Shown here piece after piece: positions 40,365 to 53,123 of a stretch of DNA of 64,000 bases. Position numbers and translations under genes: made by a program. Below the pieces are notes generated by a model. That model saw nothing but the letters and a program-made list of their open reading frames with translations. It made no database searches and had not been told where the DNA came from. Origin of the DNA: Eledone cirrhosa (taxonomy: Eukaryota); the NCBI GenBank assembly GCA_964016885.1, contig OZ024748.1, positions 38,068,001 to 38,132,000 of the forward strand, written 5' to 3'. Position 1 is the first letter of the stretch; each line of letters starts with the position of its first letter.

Positions 40365-41415
40365 CTACATTGGTTTTAACGTTGAGTGAAAAGGGAGGAG
40401 AGAACCAGATAGTTTGTCTATTGTTACGCTTTCTTTTCTTATTGCTGTTGTTGATAGTGGGAAAGTAAGTGATAGATTGCGAGAAGCCGCTGCTAATGCC
40501 GTGTTATAGTAGGGTACCGCCCTGTCAAAGATAGCTTTATTATAGGTCATAAATACCGCTCCATCTTTAACCGACACAAAGTAAAACTAGGATACTCCTG
40601 CGCTAAGAACATGAAGGCTAACATCACCAACAGCCCCAAGAGCAACACCCCCACCAGGGTGCTCTTCCCGTAAGCCTGAAGCTTGTCCCCTTCAACAGCA
40701 ATGCAACACACCCGCTGTAGTCTATGAAGCTGTGGTCACTTCCAACCAACCAAATCAACCACAGGATGTCAAATCATATGTGGGTATGGCGGAGGGCCAA
40801 TTTAAGGAACGTTTCCTGAACTACCAGTCGACCTTTAGGTACCCAGACAGACGTTCATCCACGAAACTCGCAAGCCACGTATGGTCCCTCAGGGACTCAA
40901 GTATAGACTACTCCATTCAATGGAAAGCCATCACTAAGTCCAAGCCATACGCAAGGGGAAATCCGTCGTGTGGATTATGTATTGATGAACGAATAAATAT
41001 TCTAAAGAGATTATGCAATAGCGAATGCCTAAACATGAGAAATGAATTCTTCACACGTTTTCCGCACGTCTCGAAACACCTGTTACGTAACTACAAAGCT
41101 CCGGATTGAATTACAACAACATCCTAATTTTCTTATCAACTAGAAACTTTTCGGACTTTCGCAGTTATCTCCCTTACACCTCTTGCACGCATTTTAGTAT
41201 TGCCTGTCTGAAGTGATCGTTTCTACGCATGCGCGTTCGTACGGTTGTCCTTCCTGTTCCGTATAACCATGTACATTACGAGCTGAGGATCCGCTAAGGT
41301 GAAACAATTGTTCTCAGTATGGTGAACTAACTGTTGTGTAACCACTTCTACCTAACTCGTCCCATGGACTGAGTGCTCTACCACTACGGATATTACCTTC
41401 CAGTGTTCTACCACT
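40365..41415 (+). mobile_element. Truncated PLE GIY-YIG remnant with inverted 5' segment and HHR
   Basis: CPLQQQC..VVYEA..YVGMAEGQFKERF..CGLCIDE on plus; IFDRAVPYYNTAL on minus at 40365-40541. Confidence 0.85.
41277..41319 (+). ncRNA. Type I hammerhead ribozyme
   Basis: GAG-CUGAGGA-U-CC gcuaa GG-U-GAAA-CAAUUG-UU/CUC; palindromic ACAAUUGU. Confidence 0.75.
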
Positions 41416-41452
41416 ATATATATATGTATATATATAAATATATATATACATG

Positions 41453-41559
<107 letters not shown>

Positions 41560-41560
41560 G

Positions 41561-41607
<47 letters not shown>

Positions 41608-41614
41608 ATGTGTG

Positions 41615-41648
<34 letters not shown>

Positions 41649-41664
41649 AATATATATATACATG

Positions 41665-41795
<131 letters not shown>

Positions 41796-41869
41796 ATACA
41801 TACACATATATACGTACATACACATATATACGTATATATATATATATATATATATATTCGATGCATTGA

Positions 41870-41999
41870 TTTACGGTCCTTGCCATTCTGAGTTCAAATC
41901 ACGCCGAGGTTAACTTTGCCTTTCATGCTTAAGTGGTCGATAAAATAAAGTACCAGTAATACACTGGGTAATTGCTGGCCTTGTGCCAAAAGTAGAAAC

Positions 42000-42005
<6 letters not shown>
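41870..42005 (+). mobile_element. SINE family 1, 5'-truncated
   Basis: B box GAGTTCAAATC plus the conserved 3' body. Confidence 0.85.
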
Positions 42006-42059
<54 letters not shown>

Positions 42060-42360
42060 GGGGGGGGAGAGATGTCAGGTGATATATATCTACCTTCCGT
42101 TTGATATGTTATTGTCTGACATGGTATAAACCACCTCCATTTTCCTCACCTTCATATCCAGATCAACATTTATGTATATATATATATTTATATAGTAGAA
42201 TAATCGAGAATCGGAATATCAGCCCACGAAATCACGAAGTTATATTTAATTTGTTGGGATACAACATGCAAATATTTTTATAACTGATATATGTCCTTGA
42301 AATATGTATAATCAAATAAATATGGTTTTATAAATATAGTCTCCATTTATTAATATATTG

Positions 42361-42692
<332 letters not shown>

Positions 42693-42693
42693 T

Positions 42694-42800
<107 letters not shown>

Positions 42801-42815
42801 TACATATATATATAT

Positions 42816-42855
<40 letters not shown>

Positions 42856-43467
42856 ATATGTATCTATATTTCTATATATGTATGTTTTTGTATGAATGTG
42901 TGTGTATATATGTGTATATATCTATGTTTGTATATATGGGTGTATGTGTGTATATGTGCATGTATATGTATATATGTATGTATGTACGTGTTTGTGTACC
43001 CATCCAGAAATCTGTATGTAATGTATGTATGCGTATGTGTATATGTGTGTGTACCTCTCCAGAACAGAATGTATGTGTGTAGGTGTGTGTGCACCTGAAA
43101 TGCGTGTATGTGTACCTGTCCAGAAATGTATGTGTATGCATATGTATATGTTTATATATATGTTTGTATATATATATGTGTGTGTGTATGTATGTGTGTA
43201 CCTGTCCAGAAATCTCTTTCCGCTTTTCATCCATAATGGTTTCTAATTCAAGCAGAAATCCCGCAATTTTATGGGGAGGGGGAAGTCGATTAAATCATCC
43301 CCAGTCATTAACTGGTATTTTATGTTATTGATCTGAAAAGGATGAAAGACAAATTTGACCTTGGTTGTGTTTCAACTCAGAAAGAGATGTCAAACACACA
43401 AACCATTCTGCCAATCCACTACCCTGACATTTCACCTTTAATAACCTCGGTTGAAAGTTTCATAGAT

Positions 43468-43766
43468 TGACCAAGATACTCTCATCGAATGACCAAATGA
43501 GGTTTATTTTTCAACATAGACACTGGAAAGAAACAATGCAGTAATTACTAAGTAGAGTTGAAATTAATGTTTACTAGATTTCACAGCTCTAGCATTACTC
43601 CTTCATGGTCAGCCTTTGACCAAGATACTCTTATGGAATGACCAAATGAGGTTTATTTTTCAATATAGTCTCTGGAAAGAAACAATGCAGTTATTAATAA
43701 GAAGAATTGAAATTTATGCCTGCAAGATTTCGTAGCTCTAACAGCACTCCTTCATAGTCAGCCTAT
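43468..43766. repeat. Diverged tandem duplication, ~148-bp unit
   Basis: TTGACCAAGATACTCT at 43468 and 43616. Confidence 0.8.
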
Positions 43767-44029
43767 GAACCTTTCAGCCGAACTTCGTATATACCTTTTT
43801 CAAGGTAGCCATGTTCTGGGTTCGACCCCATACCTGATAGCTTGGCCAAGGGGCTTTAGCATGGACTTCGGTCAATTTAAACCTTGTGATGTGGAATTTT
43901 GTAGACGTAAACTGTGTGGAAGCCTGTAATTTAAAGGTGCACTGAAATTTCCGTTATGGCTACACGTGCCTATGTAATACTCCCCTGCTTGCACAATAAT
44001 ACAATATATACTCTACCTGTAAGTGAAAA

Positions 44030-47000
44030 TGGTGTAGTGTGGTGTAGTGTGAGTGGTGGGGTGTGGTGTAGTGTAGTGTGGTGTGGTGTGTTGTGGTGTA
44101 GTGTGGTGTGGTGTAGTATAGTGTAGTGTGGTATGGAGTGGTGTGGTGTGGTGTGGTGTGGTGTAGTGTGGTGTAGTGGGTGTTGTGTGGTGTAGTGTGG
44201 TGTAGTGTGGTGTAGTGTGGTGTAGTTTGGTGTAGTCTGGTGTAGTCTGGTGTGGTGTAATGTGGTGTAGTGTGGTGTAGTGTAGTGTGGTGTAGTGCGG
44301 TATAGTGAATTGTGGTGTAGTGTGGTGTGGTGTAGTGTGGTGTAGTGTGGTGTAGTGTAGTGTGGTGTAGTGTGGTATAGTGAATGTGGTGTAGTGTGGT
44401 GTGGTGTAGTGTGGTGTAGTATGGTGTTGTGTAGTGTACTGTGGTATAGTGTAGCGTAGTGTAGTGTGGTACAGTGTGGTGTGGGGGAGTGTAGTGAGGT
44501 GTGGTGTAGTATGGTGTAGTGTAGTGTGGTGGAGTGTGGTGTAGTGTGGAGTAGTGTAGTGTAGAGTAGTGTGGAGCAGTGTGGTGTGGTGTTGTGTAAA
44601 GAAGTATGGTATAGTGTGGTGTAGTGTGGTGTGGTGTGGTGTAGTGTAGTGCGGTGTGGTGTAGTGTAGCGTGGTGCAGTGTGGTGTAGTGTAGTGGAGT
44701 GTGGTGTGGTGTAGTGTGGTGTGGTCTGGTGTGGTGTAGTATAGTGTAGTGTGGTGTGGTGTTGTGTGGTGTAGTGTAGTGCGGAGTAGTGTGGTGTGGT
44801 GTAGTGTGGTGTAGTGTAGTGTGGTGTGGTGTAGTGTAGTGTGGTGTAGTGTGATGTGATGTAGTGGAGTCTGGTGTGGCGTGGTGTAGTGTAGTGTGGT
44901 GTGGTGTGGTATGGTGTGGTGTAGTGTGGTGTAGTGTGGTGTGGTGTGGTGTAGTCCGGTGTAGTGTAGTGTGGTGTGGTGTAGTGTAGTGTAGTGTAGT
45001 GTAGTGTAGTGTAGTGTAGTGTGCTGTGGTGTGGTGTGATGTGGTGTAGTATAGTGTAGTGAGGTGTGGTTTGGTGTGGTGTAGTGTGGTGTGGTGTAGT
45101 GTAGTGTAGTGTAGTGTAGTGTAGTGTAGTGTAGTGTAGTGTAGTGTAGTGTAGTGTAGTGTGCTGTGGTGTGGTGTGATGTGGTGTAGTATAGTGTAGT
45201 GAGGTGTGGTTTGGTGTGGTGTAGTGTGGCGTGGTGTGGTGTAGTGTGGTGTCGTGTTGTGTAGTGTGGTATAGAGAGGTGTAGTGTCGTGTGGTATAGT
45301 GTAGTGTGGTGTGGTGTGGTGTAGTGTGGTGTAGTGTGGTGTAGTGTGGTGTAGTTTGGTGTAGTGTGGTGTAGTGTAGTGTGGTGTAGTGTAGTGTGGT
45401 GTAGCGTGGTATAGTGTAGTGTGGTGTAGTGTGGCGTGGTGTAGTGTGTTGTAGTATGGTGTGGTGTAGTGTACTGTGGTATAGTGTAGCGTAGTGTAGT
45501 GTGGTGCAGTGTGGTGTGGTGTGGTGTAGTGTAATGTGGTGTGGTGTAGTATTGTGTAGTGTGGTGTGCTGTGGTGTAGTGTAGTGTTGTGTGGTGTGAT
45601 ATAGTGTGGTGTAGTATAGTGTAGTGTGGTGTGATGTAGTGTGCTGTAGTGTGGTGTGCTGTAGTGTGATGTGGTGTAGTGTAGTGTTGTGTGGTGTGGT
45701 GTAGTGTGGTTTGGAGTAGTGTGGTGTAGAGTAGTGTGGTGCAGTGTGGTGTGATGTTGTGTAGTGTAGTATGGTATAGTGTGGTGTAGTGTGGTGTGGT
45801 GTGGTGTGGTGTGGTGTGGTGTGGTGTGGTGTGGTGTAGTGTGGTGTAGCTTAGTGTGGTGTGGTATAGTGTGGTGTGGTGTAGTGTAGTGTGGTGTAGT
45901 GTGGTGTAGTGTGGTGAGGTGTAGTGTGGTGTGGTGTAGTGTAGTGTGGTGCAGTGTGGTGTGATGTTGTGTAGTGTAGTATGGTATTGTGTGGTGTAGT
46001 ATGGTGTGGTGTGGTGTGGTGTGGTGTGGTGTGGTGTGGTGTGGTGTAGTGTGGTGTAGCTTAGTGTGGTGTGGTATAGTGTGGTGTGGTATAGTGTAGT
46101 GTGGTGTAGTGTGATCTAGTGTGGTGTGGTGTAGTGTGGTGTGGTGTAGTGTAGTGTGGTGTAGGGTGGTGTAGTGTGGTGTGGTGTAGTGTGGTGTAGT
46201 GGGGTGTGGTGTGGTGTGGTGTGGTATAGTGTAGTGTAGTGTCGGGTGGTGTGGTGTGGTGTGATGTGGTGTAGTATAGTGTAGTGTGGCGTGGTGTGGT
46301 GTAGTGTGGTGTCGTGTTGTGTAGTCTAATGTAGTGTAGTGTGGTGTAGTGTAGTGTGGTATAGTGAGGTGTTGGGTCGTGTGGTATAGTGTAGTGTGGT
46401 GTGGTGTGAAGTAGTGTGATGTGGTGCAGTGTGGTGTAGTATAGTGCGGTGTGTTGTGTAGTGTGGTGTAGTGTAGTGTGGTGTAGTGTAGTGTGGTGTG
46501 GTGTAGTGTAGTTTGGTGTAGTGTAGTCTGGTGTAGTGTGGTGGTGTAGTGTAGTGTGGTGCGTGGTGTAGTGTGGTCTGGTGTGGTGCGGTGTGGTGTA
46601 GCGTAGTGTGGTGTAGTGTTGTGTGGTGTAGTGTGGTGTGGTGTAGTGTGGTGTGGTGTGGTGTAGTGTGGTGCGGTGTGATATAATGTGGTGTAGTATA
46701 CTGTAGTGTGGTGTGATGTAGTGTGCTGTAGTGTAGTATTGTGTAGTGTGGTGTGCTGTGGTGTAGTGTTGTGTGGTGTGATATAATGTGGTGTAGTATA
46801 GTGTAGTGTGGTGTGATGTAGTGTGCTGTAGTGTGGTGTGCTGTAGTGTGATGTGGTGTAGTGTAGTGTTGTGTGGTGTGGTGTAGTGTGGTTTGGAGTA
46901 GTGTGGTGTAGAGTAGTGTGGTGCAGTGTGGTGTGATGTTGTGTAGTGTAGTATGGTATAGTGTGGTGTAGTGTGGTGTGGTGTGGTGTGGTGTGGTGTA

Positions 47001-49102
47001 GTGTGGTGTAGCTTAGTGTGGTGTGGTATAGTGTGGTGTGGTGTAGTGTAGTGTGGTGTAGTGTGGTGTAGTGTTGTGAGGTGCGGTGTAGTGTGGTCTA
47101 GTGTGGTGTGGTGTAGTGTAGTGTGGTGTGGTGTAGTGTAGTTTGGTGTAGTGTAGTCTGGTGTATTGTGGTTATGTAGTGTAGTGTGGATCGTGGTGTA
47201 GTGTGGTGTGGTGTAGTGTGGTGCGGTGTGATATAGTGTGGTGTAGTGTGGTGTGGTGTAGTGTGGTGCGGTGTGATATAGTGTGGTGTAGTCTTGTTTA
47301 GTGTGGTGTGATGTAGTATGCTGTAGTGTGGTGTGCTGTAGTGTGATGAGGTGTAGTGTGGTGTAGTGGGGTGTAGTGTAGTGTAGTGTAGTGTGGTGTA
47401 GTGTGGTATGGTGTAGTGTGGTGTAGTGTAGTCTGGTGTAATGTGGTATAGTGTGGTGTAGTGTGATGTGGTGTAGTGTAGTGTAGTGTAGTGTAGTGTG
47501 GTGTAATGTGGTGTAGTGCAGTGTAGTGTGGTGTGGTGTAGTGTATTGTAGTGTAGTGTAGTGTAGTGTAGTGTAGTGTAGTGTAGTGTAGTGTAGTGTA
47601 GTGTGGTGTGGTGTAGTGTATTGTAGTGTAGTGTAGTGTAGTGTAGTGTAGTGTAGTGTAGTGTAGTGTAGTCTGGTGTGGTGCAGTGTGGTGTAGTGTA
47701 GTGTGATGTAGTGTGGTGTAGTGTAGTGTGGTATAGTATGGTGTAGTGAGGTGTGGTGTGGTGTAGTGTGGTGTGGTATGGTGTAGTGTGGTATAGTATG
47801 GTGTAGTGAGGTGTGGTGTAGTGTGGTGTGGTGTAGTGTGGTGTAGTGTAGTGTGGTATAGTATGGTGTAGTGAGGTGTGGTGTGGTGTGGTGTCGTGTG
47901 GTGTAGTGTGGTGTGGTGTAGTGTGGTGTAGTGTAGTGTGGTGTAGTGTAGTGTGGTGTAGTGTGCTGTGGTGTAGTGTGGTGTGGTGTGTTGTAGTGTG
48001 GTATAGTATGGTGTAGTGAGGTGTGGTATAATATGGTGTAGTGAGGTGTGGTGTAGTGTGGTGTGGTGTGGTGTAGTGTGGTGTAGTGTGGTATGGTGTA
48101 GTGTGGTGTAGTTTAGTGTAGTGTGGTGTAGTGTAGTGTGGTATAGTATGGTGTAGTGAGGTGTGGCGTGGTGTGGTATGGTGTAGTGTGGTGTAGTGTA
48201 GCGTAGTGGGGTATAGTATGGGGTAGTGAGGTGTGGTGTGGTGTGGTGTAGTGTAGTGTAGTGTGGTATAGTATGGTGTAGTGAGGTGTGGTGTGCTGTG
48301 GTATGGTGTAGTGTGGTGTAGTGTAGTGTAGTGTGGTATAGTATGGTGTAGTGAGGTGTGGTGTGGTGAGGTGTGGTGTAGTGTAGTGTGGTATAGTATG
48401 GTGTAATGAGGTGTGGTTGTGGTGAGGTGTGGTGTAGTGTAGTGTAGTGTAGTGTAGTGTGGTATAGTATGGTGTAGTGAGGTGGGTGTGGTGTGGTGTA
48501 GTGTGGTGTGGTGTAGTGAGGTGTGGTGTGGTCTGGTGTAGTGTGGTGTGGTGTAGTGAGGTGTGGTGTGGTCTGGTGTAGTGTAGTGTAGTGTGGTGTG
48601 GTGTGGTGTAGTGTGGTGTAGTGTGGTGTAGTGAGGTGTGGTGTGGTGTAGTGTTGTGTGGTATAGTATGGTGTAGTGAGGTGTGGTGTGGTGTAGTGTA
48701 GTGTGGTATAGTATGGTGTAGTGACGTGTGGTGTAGTGTAGTGTGGTGTAGTGTAGTGTAGTGTAGTGTAGTGTAGTGTAGTGTGGTGTAGTGTAGTGTG
48801 GTATAGTGTAGTGTGGTGTGGTGTGGTGTAGTGTGGTGTAGTATGGTGTAGTGAGGTGTGGTGTGGTGAGGTGTGGTGTAGTGTAGTGTGGTATAGTATG
48901 GTGTGGTGAGGTGTGCTGTAGTGTGGTGTAGTGAGGTGTAGTGTAGTGTGGTATAGTGTAGTGTGGTGTGGTGTGGTGTAGTGTGGTGTAGTGTGGTGTA
49001 GTGTGGTATAGTATGGTGTGGTGAGGTGTGCTGTAGTGTGGTGTAGTGTGGTGTAGTGTGGTGTAGTGTGGTATAGTATGGTGTGGTGAGGTGTGGTGTG
49101 CT
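44030..49102. repeat. 5-kb pentamer satellite (GTGTA/GTGTG)n
   Basis: Seen directly; explains the H/T/Y/P ORFs. Confidence 0.95.
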
Positions 49103-49469
49103 AAGCAGAAAATATTTAGACATCTTTTGTAAGACCTAGAATTTCCCACTAACTCCCACCCCCACCACTATCACATCTCCCCCTACCTCCACTATAACAC
49201 CTCCCACCGCCACCACTATAACACCTCCCCCTACCTCCACTATAACACCTCTCACCGGCACCACTATCACACCTCCCACCACCACCACTATCACACCTCC
49301 CACCACCACCACTATCATCCCTCTCTCTAACTATATAATGGACAGGGTGGGGTGGAGTTTACAACAATTTTTTTCCTTTAATTTATCTAAAAACAACAAA
49401 ATTCCTTAATAGGAACAAAAATACTGATTGCTCTCTCTCTCCCTCTCTCTCTCTCTATATATATCTATC

Positions 49470-49513
<44 letters not shown>

Positions 49514-49557
49514 TACACATATATATATATATATATATATAGATATATGTGGTGGTA

Positions 49558-49603
<46 letters not shown>

Positions 49604-49616
49604 GATATATGTGGTG

Positions 49617-49657
<41 letters not shown>

Positions 49658-49746
49658 GATATATGTGGTGGTATATATATATATATAGATATATATAGAT
49701 ATATATAGATATATATAGATATATATAGATATATAGATATATATAT

Positions 49747-49903
49747 AACGAAGGAATTGTGGTAGGGAACCAGATGGACCATAACGCACCAGAGTACTCA
49801 ATACTTAGGGTAGTAGAGTGGGTAATAGGAAAATGTTAGACCCCGCGGTCCAGAAATAGCCGTCGAAACGGCTTGAGCTCTGCCGTCGGGAGTCTAACAT
49901 TTT

Positions 49904-49908
<5 letters not shown>
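49747..49908. mobile_element. Short fold-back of family B
   Basis: Tail 49747-49824; inverted arm ends at CCTAT then (TA)n. Confidence 0.8.
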
Positions 49909-49940
<32 letters not shown>

Positions 49941-50235
49941 AAACAAAATGAAAACGAAATTTCATTTCTCACTCTTAGTATGGCACTTACTTAAATGTAA
50001 GTATGCATGTATACGTACATACATATATGTATACAGACGTACAGTAGCATGCACATATATATATATATATACATATATACATACATATGCATACAGGTAC
50101 ACATACATATATGCACGTATCAGTTTAGCGGCGCTAACGTCGCTTTGTTCGTTTGTAAACAAACTGAACAGCCTGAATTTATGCCATACGGTGTTAAGGC
50201 AACCACGTCACCTTTTTGTTCAACACTGACACAGG

Positions 50236-50280
50236 AACGATGTACTAGTTTCAAGCTTGTTAGCTATCGTCAGCACCGTT
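50236..50280 (-). ncRNA. Type I hammerhead ribozyme (family E)
   Basis: AACGGUG-CUGACGA-U-AGCU aaca AGCU-U-GAAA-CUAG-UA/CAUCGUU. Confidence 0.88.
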
Positions 50281-50701
50281 TACCCATCTGCCAGATAGTT
50301 GAACGTTCGAAAGTATATACTTTCCTTATGAAAATTAACGGCTGAGCAGCCTAATTTGCATATTGAGTGAGTTAAATCGGTCAGGCATACCGAAAACGAT
50401 AAATTGAAACAAAATGAAAACGAAATTTCATTTCTCACTCTTAGTATGGCACTTACTTAAATGTAAGTATGCATGTATACGTACATACATATATGTATAC
50501 AGACGTACAGTAGCATGCACATATATATATATATATACATATATACATACATATGCATACAGGTACACATACATATATGCACGTATCAGTTTAGCGGCGC
50601 TAACGTCGCTTTGTTCGTTTGTAAACAAACTGAACAGCCTGAATTTATGCCATACGGTGTTAAGGCAACCACGTCACCTTTTTGTTCAACACTGACACAG
50701 G

Positions 50702-50746
50702 AACGATGTACTAGTTTCAAGCTTGTTAGCTATCGTCAGCACCGTT
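50702..50746 (-). ncRNA. Type I hammerhead ribozyme (family E)
   Basis: Identical copy at +466. Confidence 0.88.
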
Positions 50747-51167
50747 TACCCATCTGCCAGATAGTTGAACGTTCGAAAGTATATACTTTCCTTATGAAAA
50801 TTAACGGCTGAGCAGCCTAATTTGCATATTGAGTGAGTTAAATCGGTCAGGCATACCGAAAACGATAAATTGAAACAAAATGAAAACGAAATTTCATTTC
50901 TCACTCTTAGTATGGCACTTACTTAAATGTAAGTATGCATGTATACGTACATACATATATGTATACAGACGTACAGTAGCATGCACATATATATATATAT
51001 ATACATATATACATACATATGCATACAGGTACACATACATATATGCACGTATCAGTTTAGCGGCGCTAACGTCGCTTTGTTCGTTTGTAAACAAACTGAA
51101 CAGCCTGAATTTATGCCATACGGTGTTAAGGCAACCACGTCACCTTTTTGTTCAACACTGACACAGG

Positions 51168-51212
51168 AACGATGTACTAGTTTCAAGCTTGTTAGCTATC
51201 GTCAGCACCGTT
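51168..51212 (-). ncRNA. Type I hammerhead ribozyme (family E)
   Basis: Identical copy at +932. Confidence 0.88.
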
Positions 51213-51382
51213 TACCCATCTGCCAGATAGTTGAACGTTCGAAAGTATATACTTTCCTTATGAAAATTAACGGTATGCCTGACCGATTTAACTCACTCAA
51301 TATGCAAATTAGGCTGCTCAGCCGTTAATTTTCATAAGGAAAGTATATACTTTCGAACGTTCAACTATCTGGCAGATGGGTA

Positions 51383-51427
51383 AACGGTGCTGACGATAGC
51401 TAACAAGCTTGAAACTAGTACATCGTT
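51383..51427 (+). ncRNA. Type I hammerhead ribozyme (family E)
   Basis: CTGACGA at 51390, GAAA at 51411, predicted cleavage after GUA at 51420. Confidence 0.88.
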
Positions 51428-51848
51428 CCTGTGTCAGTGTTGAACAAAAAGGTGACGTGGTTGCCTTAACACCGTATGGCATAAATTCAGGCTGTTCAGT
51501 TTGTTTACAAACGAACAAAGCGACGTTAGCGCCGCTAAACTGATACGTGCATATATGTATGTGTACCTGTATGCATATGTATGTATATATGTATATATAT
51601 ATATATATGTGCATGCTACTGTACGTCTGTATACATATATGTATGTACGTATACATGCATACTTACATTTAAGTAAGTGCCATACTAAGAGTGAGAAATG
51701 AAATTTCGTTTTCATTTTGTTTCAATTTATCGTTTTCGGTATACCTGACCGATTTAACTCACTCAATATGCAAATTAGGCTGCTCAGCCGTTAATTTTCA
51801 TAAGGAAAGTATATACTTTCGAACGTTCAACTATCTGGCAGATGGGTA

Positions 51849-51893
51849 AACGGTGCTGACGATAGCTAACAAGCTTGAAACTAGTACATCGTT
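51849..51893 (+). ncRNA. Type I hammerhead ribozyme (family E)
   Basis: Identical copy at +466. Confidence 0.88.
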
Positions 51894-52419
51894 CCTGTGT
51901 CAGTGTTGAACAAAAAGGTGACGTGGTTGCCTTAACACCGTATGGCATAAATTCAGGCTGTTCAGTTTGTTTACAAACGAACAAAGCGACGTTAGCGCCG
52001 CTAAACTGATACGTGCATATATGTATGTGTACCTGTATGCATATGTATGTATATATGTATATATATATATATATGTGCATGCTACTGTACGTCTGTATAC
52101 ATATATGTATGTACGTATACATGCATACTTACATTTATATATATATATATATGTATATATAACTTACTCTCTGTCTCTATCTCTACCTCTCTTTCTCATT
52201 TGTTGCTCCTTTCAGAAACTCACCTATACACACACACACACATAGACTCATAGACACACATACATACATACATACATACATACATACATACATACATACA
52301 TACATACATGCACACAGATATACATACACACGCATATTCATACAAACATGCATATGCACATGCATACATACACGCACGCATGCATGCACACATTCACTCA
52401 TGGAAAATGCACACAAGCA

Positions 52420-52772
52420 TATACATACACACATACATAGTAACATGTACATACACACATACATAGTAAGAGGTACTTATACACACACACATACATAGTA
52501 TCAGGTACATATACATACACACATACATAGTAACAGGTACTTATACACACACACATACATAGTAACAGGTACTTATACACACACACATACATCGTAACAG
52601 GTACTTATACACACACACATACATAGTAACAGGTACTTATACACACACACATACATAGTAACAGGTACTTATACATACACACATACATAGTAACAGGTAC
52701 TTATACATACACACATACATAGTAACAGGTACTTATACACACACACATACATCGTAACAGGTACTTATACAC
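52420..52772. repeat. Minisatellite of about 32-34 bp (ACATACATAGTAACAGGTACTTATACACAC)
   Basis: About 10 tandem copies. Confidence 0.85.
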
Positions 52773-53123
52773 ACATGCGTATGCACATGTACATACAGAC
52801 ACATAGTACAAAGCACATGTACACATAGATACATGCATGCATGCATGCACACACACGCTTATATGCATCCCCACACACGTGCATACATGCATGCACCCAT
52901 ACACGCACTCATACACACACAGACACACAGATGCACACACACACACATATATATACATATGCTCATACACACACACATATATATATATATGCACATACAC
53001 ACATATATATACACATATGCTCACATATACACATACATATACATATGCTCACACATACACACATGTCCTTTCGCGCATACACACGGACATTCACACATGT
53101 AACTGTTATGGTTGTTGTAGAGA

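Larger units (their letters stand above)
49937..52137. mobile_element. Tandem and inverted array of a 466-bp non-coding HHR unit (retrozyme-like, family E)
   Basis: About 2.9 units with the HHR on minus, then about 1.9 units with the HHR on plus. Inversion at 51271-51273. Period of 466 confirmed by repeated ORF-track starts 49948, 50414 and 50880. Confidence 0.92.

Noticed and set aside
47098-49149. 683-aa His/Thr-rich ORF
   Set aside because: Translation of the pentamer satellite.
49937-52137. CRISPR-like array
   Set aside because: Units are identical throughout with no unique spacers, in a eukaryotic context.
49948-52245. Repeated 66-129 aa ORFs in the 466-bp unit
   Set aside because: Largely TA/CA microsatellite-derived and not conserved in the 430-bp subfamily.
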